From assembly GCA_003599175.1 (NCBI GenBank), contig QZIY01000020.1:1-52159 (forward strand): a stretch of 52,159 nucleotides of DNA. The letters are read 5' to 3'. Shown here piece by piece: positions 37,865 to 47,358 of this stretch. This DNA comes from Candidatus Parcubacteria bacterium (GTDB lineage: Bacteria; Patescibacteriota; Minisyncoccia; Phycocordibacterales; UBA2100). The first letter of the stretch is position 1. Each line of letters begins with the position of its first letter. The notes beneath the pieces were generated by a model that was given only the letters and a program-made list of their open reading frames with translations, had not been told where the DNA came from and ran no database searches. Made by a program: the position numbers and the translations under genes.

Positions 37865-38908
37865 TTATTGGTGCGCAATCTGCTCCATCACGTCGGCCAT
37901 CGTTGCTACGGCGTACCCAGGGCGAGGTTGGGCATCGCCGTATATAAGACGCTGTCGCGTAAGCATCATAAGACGCTCGTTCGTCTCCTTGAGATAACGC
38001 AGTATCTCGATCCTGAGATATTGCGGATCATCGGAGGCGACAAGCGCGGCAAGGCCTTGCTCGATCGGCTCCCATGCTTTGTCTCCAATCAATACCTGCT
38101 TTCGCTCCTGCAGGACCGACGGCCAGAACTCGATATTTGGTATCCTACGGATCGCTGCGCCGATCCCGAGTTCAGAGAGGAAACTGACCACAAGGTCAGC
38201 CCCGATCAGAAGCTGTGGCCCAGACAGCTCATTGCGTGTGATCAGGCGAGCAGTTATATGCGGTATGCTGTTCAACTGCTCGATGAGTCGATCATATGTT
38301 TCATCTCCGTCATCACCCGGATGACGCGACAGCACGAAATAGAATTTCCGATCAGGCAGTCCGATGAGCGCGGATCCGAGACCGCCCCAGAGCGCGATGT
38401 TTTGCTGGGGGAATTTCGTACCGGGACTCACGATCAATGTCTGTGCGCCGACGCCGAGCTCCGCACGAACCGTCTCGCGGTCTTTTTCGGGAAAATAGTA
38501 CATTTCGTGCATTGGGTTTCCGCTTACAAAGATGCGTACACTTTCTTTGTATAATCGCGCCGCGCCTTTTTTATCGGACGGCCCTATCACCGCGAGGGCA
38601 TCGATATCTCGCATCGAGTCATCTTCATGTGGCCGATGGTATACGAGATGCGTGTCAGCGTATCGCATGATCGGCACGTTGTACCGATGTGCCGCGCTGA
38701 TAGCCATACGCTCGATCCTGCCGCCGATGTCTGGGTCGGTCGCGAAGCCGCTCCAGAGTACGTGCGCGCTTTGAACCTCTTGTCCGACGTCGCGCTCGGA
38801 TGCGCGCATCAAGAGCGTACCTTCGTGTTTGCGCAGCATGAGCTCTCCCAGCAGTTTTTGGGCTGCGTTTACGGCTGCGGGATCACCGCATGCGAGCACT
38901 ACTTTCAT
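37865..38908 (-). CDS. Hypothetical protein with probable GT-B fold
   Basis: 347-aa ORF with AGGAG RBS. DPAAV, VSGNP, SRHPGD and GADLVV resemble the GT-B/epimerase superfamily. Confidence 0.6.
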   Translation of the reverse strand: MKVVLACGDPAAVNAAQKLLGELMLRKHEGTLLMRASERDVGQEVQSAHVLWSGFATDPDIGGRIERMAISAAHRYNVPIMRYADTHLVYHRPHEDDSMRDIDALAVIGPSDKKGAARLYKESVRIFVSGNPMHEMYYFPEKDRETVRAELGVGAQTLIVSPGTKFPQQNIALWGGLGSALIGLPDRKFYFVLSRHPGDDGDETYDRLIEQLNSIPHITARLITRNELSGPQLLIGADLVVSFLSELGIGAAIRRIPNIEFWPSVLQERKQVLIGDKAWEPIEQGLAALVASDDPQYLRIEILRYLKETNERLMMLTRQRLIYGDAQPRPGYAVATMADVMEQIAHQ

Positions 38909-39038
38909 CTGCCTCTCCTATCAGGCAGGGAACTCAACTCAATATTTTATACAACATTTTGTATGAAAATCAAATTTTCAGCAAATTACATCATGAACAT
39001 TTGATGATTGAGAAAACGTTTGATACATTTATGTCTCT

Positions 39039-39719
39039 ATGACCCCTGACGAAAAAGCAGACATCTCACGTGCACTCATCAAACTCACGCTCGAACGATA
39101 CCCGCGCGTATTCCTCGCATGCTCTTTCGGCAAAGACTCTCGCGTCTTGGTGGATCTTGCGACCTCGGTGAAGCCCGATGTCGAGATTTGCGGCATCGAT
39201 ACAGGATACGAATTCAAAGAGACGCTGGAATTTGCCAATGAACTCATCGAAAAGCGCAACCTCAATTTCAAATGGCTTCGCCCCACGCCCGAAGATGTGA
39301 AGCGTATCGATGAATACTATGGCGACAGCTTCATCAAAGACGATCAGTACAAATGCTGCGAGATGAAAATTCCAGCGATCAATAATGTCATCGGCGGATA
39401 CGATGCGTGGATCACAGGTCTCCGACGCGATGAGACGGAATTCCGCAAAAACACGGGCCTTATTGAGCAGGGCAAGATCGTGAAGGTGAATCCCATTGCA
39501 TTTTGGAATCACGATGATATCTGGACCTACATCAAAGACCACAAGCTTGAATATCACCCACTCTACGACAAAGGTTATCCGTCACTCGGCTGCGAGCCGT
39601 GCACAAAGGAGGGGAAGAACCAGAGTGGGGGCGGGCGACAGGGTAAATTCGAGCGCGCGGGCCGCTTCACTGGTACCGGCAATCAGGGACAAGAGTGCGG
39701 TTTGCATACCATGGTCTAA
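39039..39719 (+). CDS. cysH: APS/PAPS reductase with [4Fe-4S] cysteine motif
   Basis: SFGKDS, IDTGY, CC..K, WITGLRRD, YPSLGCEPCT, ECGLH. Confidence 0.92.
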   Translation: MTPDEKADISRALIKLTLERYPRVFLACSFGKDSRVLVDLATSVKPDVEICGIDTGYEFKETLEFANELIEKRNLNFKWLRPTPEDVKRIDEYYGDSFIKDDQYKCCEMKIPAINNVIGGYDAWITGLRRDETEFRKNTGLIEQGKIVKVNPIAFWNHDDIWTYIKDHKLEYHPLYDKGYPSLGCEPCTKEGKNQSGGGRQGKFERAGRFTGTGNQGQECGLHTMV

Positions 39720-39737
39720 AGCGGTAGTGTTCAGACC

Positions 39738-40919
39738 ATGGCAATAAAAAGTAAGAAGCTCCGTGTGCTCGTTTTGGGCGGTGATGGCTATCTGGGCTGG
39801 CCGACGGCGATGTATTTTTCCAATCGAGGTCACGAGGTCGCGGTTGTCGACAATTTCAATAAGCGAAAGTGGGAAGCGGAAGTTGATGCGGAGCCATTGA
39901 TGCCCATCCCATCACTTCAGGAGCGCATCCGTATCTGGAAGAAAACAACCGGCAAGAAAATCAAAATGTATGTCGGCGATCTCTGTCATGAGCGTTTTGT
40001 CGCGCGCGTGTTCGATGAGTTCAAGCCCGACACGATCATTCACTTTGGTGAGCAACCCTCAGCACCTTTCTCAATGATCGGCAACGAACGAGCAGTGGAG
40101 ACGCAGGTCAACAATGTTGTCGGCAATTTGAATGTAATCTTTGCGATGAAGCGCTCGACACCGAATGCACATCTTGTGAAGCTCGGCACGATGGGCGAAT
40201 ATGGCACGCCGAATATTGATATCGAAGAAGGATGGCTCGACATTACTCACAAGGGGCGCAGAGATCGTCTTCTCTTTCCCAAAAAGCCGGGGTCCTTCTA
40301 TCATCTCTCGAAAGTCCATGACAGCCACAATCTCGAATTTGCATGCCGCACGTGGGATCTTGCGGTGACCGATCTCAATCAGGGTGTCGTATATGGCATT
40401 GAGACGGAAGAGACAAAGATGGCGCCTGGTCTTCACACCTCATTCCACTACGATGATATTTTCGGTACCGCACTCAACCGCTTTTGTGTACAGGCGGTCG
40501 CTGGCTTGCCGATCACGCCGTATGGCAAAGGTGGACAGAAACGCGGGTTTCTCAACATCGTCGATACGCTCCGCTGCGTCGAGCTCGCAGCGCTCCACCC
40601 GGCGAAAAAGGGCGAGTTTCGCGTCTTCAACCAATTCACTGAAGTTTTTAGCGTCAACGAACTTGCAGAAACGGTGAAAGAGGCGGCGAAGAAAATGAAC
40701 ATCAAGGCGACAGTCAAGCACATCAAAAACCCGCGCAAGGAGCAGGAAGAGCACTACTACAAGCCGGTGCACACCGGCTTGCCTAAGCTCGGTCTCAAAC
40801 CGCACCTCCTCTCCGACGTCTTGGTCGAGAGCATGATCGCCAAAATCATTGAGCACAAAGATCACATTGAGGAAGAAATCATCATGCCGCGCGTGGTGTG
40901 GGAGAAAAAGAAGAACTAA
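39738..40919 (+). CDS. sqdB: UDP-sulfoquinovose synthase
   Basis: GGDGYLGWPTA, EQPSAPFS, KLGTMGEYGTP, PGSFYHLSK, DLNQGVVYG, GTALNRFC, VFNQFTE. Confidence 0.92.
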   Translation: MAIKSKKLRVLVLGGDGYLGWPTAMYFSNRGHEVAVVDNFNKRKWEAEVDAEPLMPIPSLQERIRIWKKTTGKKIKMYVGDLCHERFVARVFDEFKPDTIIHFGEQPSAPFSMIGNERAVETQVNNVVGNLNVIFAMKRSTPNAHLVKLGTMGEYGTPNIDIEEGWLDITHKGRRDRLLFPKKPGSFYHLSKVHDSHNLEFACRTWDLAVTDLNQGVVYGIETEETKMAPGLHTSFHYDDIFGTALNRFCVQAVAGLPITPYGKGGQKRGFLNIVDTLRCVELAALHPAKKGEFRVFNQFTEVFSVNELAETVKEAAKKMNIKATVKHIKNPRKEQEEHYYKPVHTGLPKLGLKPHLLSDVLVESMIAKIIEHKDHIEEEIIMPRVVWEKKKN

Positions 40920-40955
40920 CTTTCTTTTTTTTTAGGAGACCGCTAGACTGCCGGT

Positions 40956-41978
40956 ATGAGCAAAAAGGTCTCCTTAAACGGTAGGATGGTGGGCGAAGGC
41001 GAGCCCGTGTACATCATCGCTGAAGGTGGGCTTACGAATTGGGGGCAGCTCGATTTGGCAAAAAAGCAGGCGGATGCCGCTTTGGTGGCGAAATGCGACT
41101 CGGTGAAATATCAGGCACAGACGACCGAAGCACTGGTCTCGAAAGTTGCCTCGCCGTATTGGTACGATCGGCTCAAATATAAAGAGCTACCGCATGATCA
41201 ATTGCGCGAGCTGATGGAGTATTGTAAGGAAATCGGCATCCAAGGATTTATCACGGCGCATACGGAAGTCGATCTCGAATTTCTTGACAAAGATTTAAAT
41301 ATTCCATTTCACAAAATCGGGTCAGGCGAATCACTCAACTTCGAATTTTTGGAAAAAGTTGGTGCGTGCAAAAAACCGGTCATCATGTCGCTCGGACTTC
41401 ATGTATCGATCGACGAAGTCAAAGAATCTGTTGCAGCGCTCGAGCGGGGAGGTACGCGCGACATTGTGCTCATGCATTGCAACACTATCTACCCGACTCC
41501 GTGGGAGATCATGGATCTTTCAATCATTCAAAAATTGAAAGAGACTTTTGATTATCCGATTGGCTATTCGGATCACACACCGGGCTGGCACATTCCTCTC
41601 GCTGCCGTTGCGCTCGGTGCCACTGTGATCGAGAAGCATCTTTCGTTTGACCTCACCGACGAACGCTCATTTGACTCTGCGGTTTCGTGCACACCAGAAA
41701 CCTTGATTACGATGGTGGAACAATTGAGGCAAGTAGATGCGGCAAGATTTGATCGCAAGGGCGAGCGGCCAAACGCTATTTTGAAAGGGCGTGAATGGGC
41801 GCGGCAATCGATCGTGGCGACGACGAACATCGCAAAGGGAACTGAGATCACTCGCGAGATGCTTACGGTAAAGCGACCAGGAACAGGACTCCCGCCGGAA
41901 AAGGTTGCAGACATCGTCGGCAAAACGGCGACGCGAAATATCGGTGAAGACGAATTGATTCTGGAATCTGACTTTTAA
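40956..41978 (+). CDS. neuB: NeuB-family nonulosonic acid synthase with SAF domain
   Basis: KIGSGE, HCNTIYP, GYSDHT, IEKH, ARQSIV, KRPGTG. Atypical AEGGLTNWG in place of AExGxNH. Confidence 0.85.
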   Translation: MSKKVSLNGRMVGEGEPVYIIAEGGLTNWGQLDLAKKQADAALVAKCDSVKYQAQTTEALVSKVASPYWYDRLKYKELPHDQLRELMEYCKEIGIQGFITAHTEVDLEFLDKDLNIPFHKIGSGESLNFEFLEKVGACKKPVIMSLGLHVSIDEVKESVAALERGGTRDIVLMHCNTIYPTPWEIMDLSIIQKLKETFDYPIGYSDHTPGWHIPLAAVALGATVIEKHLSFDLTDERSFDSAVSCTPETLITMVEQLRQVDAARFDRKGERPNAILKGREWARQSIVATTNIAKGTEITREMLTVKRPGTGLPPEKVADIVGKTATRNIGEDELILESDF

Positions 41979-41987
41979 TCCCACGCC

Positions 41988-43451
41988 ATGATCCTTTTTT
42001 TTCGCGAGCATCGTCGTGTGTTGATTGCACTTCTTTTTGTACTCCTCATACATCAGGCGTCGTTTCTCTATTTTGATCACTTGAGTGCCCAAAATCCGAC
42101 CGCCTCGGCATATCCGATTTTTGCAGGGGATTCGGCAACGTATGTGGAGATGAGTGAATCGCTGCTTGTGGGGAAGGGACTTGCCGGGGAAGACGGAGCT
42201 CTACAGCGCGCATACCCGCCGGGGTATGCTGCATTTTTGGCTGTTTCGAAAGCGATCACTGGCTCATATACCTTTGCTGCGATCATACAAATCTTTGCAA
42301 CGCTCGGGGCTGCGTTCTTGATCTATCTCATGACGCTGAAGTTTGTCTCAAGGGGGTGGGCGATCGCAGCGGCAATGTTCTACGGCCTTGATCCGTCGGT
42401 CATCTTTGCATCGACGACACTGTTTTCTGATGCGCTCTTTAGCGCGATGATCGTCGCGGTCGTGTACATGCTCTTTTTTGCGGAGCGTCCGCCCGTCCTA
42501 GTGCGATCTGCAATTGCCGGGTTTTTGCTCGATGCCGCAACTCTCGTTCGGCCGATAGGAGAATTTTTGCTAATTGTGCTACCGGTTCTCTTCGTGATAT
42601 TGAGTTGGATCGAAATACGTACGCGGGGAAGGAAAGGAAAAATTATGATATATCATAATTTTTTACCTGCGGTCGTATGCGCGCTCACGGCACTTATCAT
42701 TGTAGTGCCTTGGGTGTATCGCAACTATTCGATCTTCGGTGTGCCCGAAATAGCGCACGTCGGCGCGAATAATCTTCTGTACTACAACGCGCGACAATTT
42801 CTACTGTTTGAAGAAATGAACACGCTGAATCCTCTGGCGGCGCTTAAGGCAGCACGCGCACAAACAGATCTGCAGCTTGCGGCCGTTGATGCGCGAATAG
42901 CTGAGGAGCTAGAAAAGGCGACGCCGCCGGGTCAGATGAGCACGAATTATGAAGGCGCTGTCGCAAAGCGTCTTCTTCTCGAGCATCCGATTTTGTACGG
43001 CTACTACCACAGTGTCAACATCGTACCGTTTTTCATCACAAGCTCTGTCGCTGCATATCAGCAGTATGTTATGCAGGCGAGAGATTCGAGTGGATTTTAT
43101 GCGCCGACGTTTTCAGCGCTCTGGCAAAACCTGCGGGATATGAAAGATAGGTTCGCGACACGCGATTGGGGAGGACTCGTTGCAGCGGCCAGCGCTGTTG
43201 CACCTATTGCACTCGAAATGCTTTTCTGGATCATCGTGACGTTGCTTGCCGCTGGTGCAGTGATGCTGCGGTGGCGCGATCCGCGCGTCATCCTTTTTGC
43301 GCTCTTGGTGTTGTATTTTGCGTTCCTCACCGGGCCTGTTGCGATCGCACGTTATCGCATTCCAGCGGAACCGTACCTCTTTATCCTTGCGGGGATTGCG
43401 CTTTCGGCACTCGTTGATCGTATCAAAGCAACATATGGTTCCACTCGATAA
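41988..43451 (+). CDS. GT-C membrane glycosyltransferase (ArnT/PMT_2-like)
   Basis: GDSATY, PPGY, SDALF, TLVRP, PWVYRN, ARYRIP. Multi-TM. Confidence 0.78.
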   Translation: MILFFREHRRVLIALLFVLLIHQASFLYFDHLSAQNPTASAYPIFAGDSATYVEMSESLLVGKGLAGEDGALQRAYPPGYAAFLAVSKAITGSYTFAAIIQIFATLGAAFLIYLMTLKFVSRGWAIAAAMFYGLDPSVIFASTTLFSDALFSAMIVAVVYMLFFAERPPVLVRSAIAGFLLDAATLVRPIGEFLLIVLPVLFVILSWIEIRTRGRKGKIMIYHNFLPAVVCALTALIIVVPWVYRNYSIFGVPEIAHVGANNLLYYNARQFLLFEEMNTLNPLAALKAARAQTDLQLAAVDARIAEELEKATPPGQMSTNYEGAVAKRLLLEHPILYGYYHSVNIVPFFITSSVAAYQQYVMQARDSSGFYAPTFSALWQNLRDMKDRFATRDWGGLVAAASAVAPIALEMLFWIIVTLLAAGAVMLRWRDPRVILFALLVLYFAFLTGPVAIARYRIPAEPYLFILAGIALSALVDRIKATYGSTR

Positions 43452-44517
43452 TCAGGCTCGTATATTCGTCGGATTTGTCGTTGCACTCATCGTGCTCTAT
43501 GCCATTGCGTTCGTCGTCTTGCAGCCGGCGCTGCGCACCGGCGGGGATGCGCCTTCATATGTTGCGGGAGCCGAGGTGCTCTCCGGAGGCGCGCCGAACG
43601 CCGACTTTATGGTTAATCGCATATTGACCGCTCCCTTGACGCTCACGGGAATTGCGATCTTCAAGTACATAACGGGTGATTACTACGAGGGCTGGGTGAT
43701 TCTCAACGCTATATTCTTTTTTGCACTCGGTCTTGTTAGTTTTTTCATGCTACGAACTTTTTTCGGATCAAAGGTTGCCGCGATTGGCGCGATCTTGCTG
43801 TGCGCGAATTACGACGTCCTCACTTTCGGCATTGCGCCGCTCTCCGATATAGGCGGATGGTTTTTTTATCTCCTCGCGCTTTTCTTTATTACAAAATTCG
43901 TAGCCGGAGAGTCTGAGTGCAATTTTGTATACGCAGGGCTTGCGATCGGCTTTGGCGCGCTTTTCAAAGAGTATGCGTTCCTCGCCGTGATACCGATTGC
44001 GGCGCTTCTCTTGTATGAATATGGTCGCGATCTGCGCGAACTCGTGAAGCATGCATTTCTTCCGGCGCTCGCCGCAACGCTCCCGGTGCTTATCACACAT
44101 GTTGCAGTGTTCTTTACCCTTCATTACACGTACCTCGATTGGTATCTATACAATAAGCATCAGTACGCGTACCAGAGCTGGCTTCCCAATGCGATCAAAA
44201 GTTTTGGCTCGGTGCTGAATCTCTTGGCTATTCCCGCGGCATTGGGGTTCGCATTGTTCGTGTGGTCATGGAAACTCGATCGTTTTGCAGTGTTTGTCGT
44301 CTCACTCATCATTCCAGCGCTATGGATTCTCGTGTGGCCGTCAATCACGCAGCGCGTTGTCTTCCTTGCAGTGCCAACGGCAGTCATCTTAAGCTGCATC
44401 GCTTTCAAGCGGTACGAGCGATATATATGGTGGTTTGCGCCGATCCTCCTTATCTATGTGGCGATTTCACTCACGCTTGATGCCTATCTCCTCGGGGTTA
44501 TAAACTTGCCGCTCTGA
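43435..44517 (+). CDS. GT-C membrane glycosyltransferase (PMT_2-like)
   Basis: GDAPSY, LSDIG, GALFKE. Multi-TM. Start at ATG 43435. Confidence 0.7.
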   Translation: MVPLDNQARIFVGFVVALIVLYAIAFVVLQPALRTGGDAPSYVAGAEVLSGGAPNADFMVNRILTAPLTLTGIAIFKYITGDYYEGWVILNAIFFFALGLVSFFMLRTFFGSKVAAIGAILLCANYDVLTFGIAPLSDIGGWFFYLLALFFITKFVAGESECNFVYAGLAIGFGALFKEYAFLAVIPIAALLLYEYGRDLRELVKHAFLPALAATLPVLITHVAVFFTLHYTYLDWYLYNKHQYAYQSWLPNAIKSFGSVLNLLAIPAALGFALFVWSWKLDRFAVFVVSLIIPALWILVWPSITQRVVFLAVPTAVILSCIAFKRYERYIWWFAPILLIYVAISLTLDAYLLGVINLPL

Positions 44518-44533
44518 GGTATACTGGCAGCAT

Positions 44534-45601
44534 ATGACCAAGGCGCTGCTCCGACAGATTTTTCTCATCGCGCTCGTGATCGGATCGGGTGTCTTGGTCT
44601 TCTACATATTGGCGCCCTTCCTGGCGCCGATTGCGCTCGGCATCATCTTTGCGGTTCTCCTCCACCCGCTCTATCTCAAAATCTGCGATGCGATCGGCGG
44701 CCAAGAAACGCTCGGTTCGCTCCTCACGGTGCTTTTCTGCGGTCTCGTACTTCTCATCCCCGTCGGTTACCTTGGGTTTCAACTCATCCAGGAAGCGCAA
44801 GGGATCTACATGAACATAGCGGGAGGAGGCCTCCAGACAGTGCAATTGCAATTTCTCCAGCGCGTCGAGCCCTGGCTGACCGCATACATCCCCGACGCAC
44901 TGCCATGGCTCCTGCAATCGATGCAAGATATCAGTTCGTACACGCAACAGGGGATCGTGTGGCTCATGCAGCATATGGGTGTCGCGTTTTCGGGCATCTC
45001 CTCATTTTTCCTCCAGACATTTATTTTCCTCATGACGCTCTACTACCTCCTGCGCGATGGCGGCCGCTTGAAGCGCGTGATCATCGAGAACAGTCCGCTC
45101 TCCAGAGAAGATGACGAAATGGTGTTTGCCGAACTCGGCCGTTCGGTGAACTCGGTCGTGAAAGGCAAGCTCCTGATCGCCATCATCCAGGGCATCTTTG
45201 CGGGCATCGGACTTGCGGTCTTTGGCGTCCCCAACTCGATTTTCTGGGGACTCGTCGCGACGCTCTTCTCACTGATTCCGCCTTTTGGTACCGCATTTGT
45301 GCTGGCGCCCGCTGTTTTGTATCTCTTTGCGATCGGAACGATTCCCGCCGCTATCGGGCTCGCGATCTGGAGCGGTATTGCCGGCCTCATCGACAACGTG
45401 CTTGGGCCGAAGCTTATGACTTCGGGTACACAATTCCACCCGCTTCTCATGCTTGTCTCCGTCCTCGGGGGTCTTGCCTTTTTCGGCCCCGTCGGACTTT
45501 TCTTGGGTCCCATTGCCGTTTCGTTCTTCCTCACGCTCCTTTCGCTCTATCGACACTTCCTTGAAGGAGCGCCGATGCCGGTGTCAGAATCGACACCATG
45601 A
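44534..45601 (+). CDS. AI-2E family transporter
   Basis: YLLRDG, AIIQG, IDNVLGP, HPLLMLVSVLGG, FGPVGLFLGP. Confidence 0.9.
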   Translation: MTKALLRQIFLIALVIGSGVLVFYILAPFLAPIALGIIFAVLLHPLYLKICDAIGGQETLGSLLTVLFCGLVLLIPVGYLGFQLIQEAQGIYMNIAGGGLQTVQLQFLQRVEPWLTAYIPDALPWLLQSMQDISSYTQQGIVWLMQHMGVAFSGISSFFLQTFIFLMTLYYLLRDGGRLKRVIIENSPLSREDDEMVFAELGRSVNSVVKGKLLIAIIQGIFAGIGLAVFGVPNSIFWGLVATLFSLIPPFGTAFVLAPAVLYLFAIGTIPAAIGLAIWSGIAGLIDNVLGPKLMTSGTQFHPLLMLVSVLGGLAFFGPVGLFLGPIAVSFFLTLLSLYRHFLEGAPMPVSESTP

Positions 45602-46053
45602 CGGACACTGAAATCGTGACATCGCCCGAAACGCAAAAAGCACCGAGCATGATGACGCTCGGATCTCCCGCGCTTCATGAATTCATCCGTTATTTCGCCG
45701 CGTCGCTCATCGCGCTTGTCGTCGATATTGTCGGCTTGTGGCTGCTTACGGAATTCTTGGATGTGCCATATCTCGTCTCCGCTGCGATATCCTTCCTCCT
45801 CGGCCTCATCATCGTCTACATCGCAAGCATCTACTGGGTATTCGAAGCACGTTCGATACGGAGCCCTGCCGCCGAATTCGGCATCTTTCTCGTGATTGGT
45901 CTTATAGGTCTCGGAATCAACGAGCTGATACTCGGACTCTTGACTGAATACGCCGGGCTCTACTACATGATCTCCAAAATCGCGAGCGTGTTCGTCGTCT
46001 TTACGTGGAACTTCTTCGCGCGGAAATACGTGCTTTTTGCAAAGGCGCGATAA
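45598..46053 (+). CDS. GtrA family protein
   Basis: EFIRY, four TM helices, WVF, WNFFARKYVLF. Confidence 0.88.
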   Translation: MTDTEIVTSPETQKAPSMMTLGSPALHEFIRYFAASLIALVVDIVGLWLLTEFLDVPYLVSAAISFLLGLIIVYIASIYWVFEARSIRSPAAEFGIFLVIGLIGLGINELILGLLTEYAGLYYMISKIASVFVVFTWNFFARKYVLFAKAR

Positions 46054-46097
46054 GCATTGTATAATAAACAAAGCCAACACAACGGGAAGGAGAGAAG

Positions 46098-46622
46098 ATG
46101 GCTCGCCATCTGATATGTCCGGTGCTCAAGTCGCCGTGGCCAGAGGGTCGCATTGGTCCTGAAAAATACCAGGATTTTTATAGGGTCGCTGTCCAAGCCA
46201 TAGAGTGGCAAAAACTCTTCGGGAAGGACGCAGACTTGCTCGTTGTGAGCACATTCCGCCGAGGCGACTTCGACGAGGCGGATTACTATGCTGCTCTGCT
46301 TGATCGTCTCGGTGGCGAACGGATTCGCGTGATTCGTGAAGGAGTTGAAACGGTCGGGCAAATTGGAACAGCGCTTTGTACAGCGCGACTCGAACAGGCC
46401 CGTCTGCACCTTGGATCCACCGTACCGCATTTGCCACGAGTGCGGTGGCTGACTCGTAAAAATGTAAACGTGCATCATTTCGCTGTTGCCGGGATTCCGC
46501 GTCCGGCGGAATTTTTTACGGATATCATTCTCGCAATCGCATTTCCCGTGCTCGATGCATTGGGGAGACGAGAGTGGTTTCTCGCGAAAACGACGGAGAG
46601 GAGGTCAGTGGGGAAGCTATAG
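46098..46622 (+). CDS. Hypothetical protein, weak DUF218/YdcF-like signature
   Basis: AAGGAG RBS and own TATAAT (46060-46065). ETVGQ and STVPHLPRV resemble the DUF218 T..N/HxxR motifs. Confidence 0.55.
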   Translation: MARHLICPVLKSPWPEGRIGPEKYQDFYRVAVQAIEWQKLFGKDADLLVVSTFRRGDFDEADYYAALLDRLGGERIRVIREGVETVGQIGTALCTARLEQARLHLGSTVPHLPRVRWLTRKNVNVHHFAVAGIPRPAEFFTDIILAIAFPVLDALGRREWFLAKTTERRSVGKL

Positions 46623-46640
46623 ATTGATTTGGCTTACTTG

Positions 46641-46674
46641 AAAGGCCCGGTGCCGTGTGCATCGCGGCCTTTTT
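46641..46674 (+). terminator. Rho-independent terminator
   Basis: aaaggcc-cggtgc...gcatcg-cggcctttt stem followed by a T run. Confidence 0.7.
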
Positions 46675-46707
46675 AATGTGCCTCTCTACCGCTACGATGA
46701 ATCGTTC

Positions 46708-46809
46708 ATGGCGCAAGAGAGCAAAAAACCGATCATTATTGGCGCGGGGCCAGCGGGACTTTATAAACCATTTACACTTCATCTCGTTCGAATTATGATG
46801 CGCATATGA
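46708..46809 (+). pseudogene. Truncated duplicate of the 5' end of the FAD oxidoreductase at 47355 (33-codon ORF)
   Basis: 46708-46760 matches 47355-47407 at 49/53 nt and reads [18 protein letters not shown]. Its stop overlaps the next ATG. Confidence 0.85.
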
Positions 46810-46976
46810 CATCTGCAACAAAACGATTCATCATTTCCCTGATGGGAGGCAAACACAAAAAAAACCGTGAGGCGACTTTTTTTGAACGCGCACGCCGAAA
46901 TATTGTCAAACGCAAGAAACATGTCGGTCGCGACGTATCTTCCCGGATAGACGCGATTGTCTATGGAGCAGAATAG
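46806..46976 (+). CDS. Putative antitoxin, 56 aa (not in the ORF track)
   Basis: MTSATKRF...[14 protein letters not shown]. Small basic ORF overlapping the PIN gene start, with a C-terminal D.S..ID..VYG segment. Confidence 0.7.
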   Translation: MTSATKRFIISLMGGKHKKNREATFFERARRNIVKRKKHVGRDVSSRIDAIVYGAE

Positions 46977-47358
46977 ATTCCTTATCGACAGCTCCGTTTT
47001 CGTCGCCTTCTATTACGAAGGAGATGCGCAGCATACAGATGCCCTTCGCGTCATGGCAGACATCTCCGCTCAAGTGCTTATAGTTCATCCATATGTTATT
47101 CAAGAGACAGCAACGGTTCTTGCATATCGCCTCGGCATGCCCGTAGCCAAGGCATTTGTTACCGACGTCATGAAAGCGAAAAACGTTCTCATTCCTGCCG
47201 CAGACGTATACAGAGATGCCGCTTTTTTCCTCGATTACTCCAAGAAGATGTCGTTTACGGACATTGCGTTGATCGGATTGGCTCGTTCAATGGGAGTGCC
47301 CATTGTTACGTTCGATAAGCAAATGTTATCCGCCTTTTCTCAAACGCGGCGGATATGA
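46963..47358 (+). CDS. vapC: PIN-domain (VapC-like) ribonuclease toxin
   Basis: [20 protein letters not shown] acidic tetrad. Confidence 0.85.
   Translation: MEQNRFLIDSSVFVAFYYEGDAQHTDALRVMADISAQVLIVHPYVIQETATVLAYRLGMPVAKAFVTDVMKAKNVLIPAADVYRDAAFFLDYSKKMSFTDIALIGLARSMGVPIVTFDKQMLSAFSQTRRI

Noticed and set aside
38944-38970. Imperfect AT-rich inverted repeat between divergent genes
   Set aside because: Low complexity; insufficient support as an operator.
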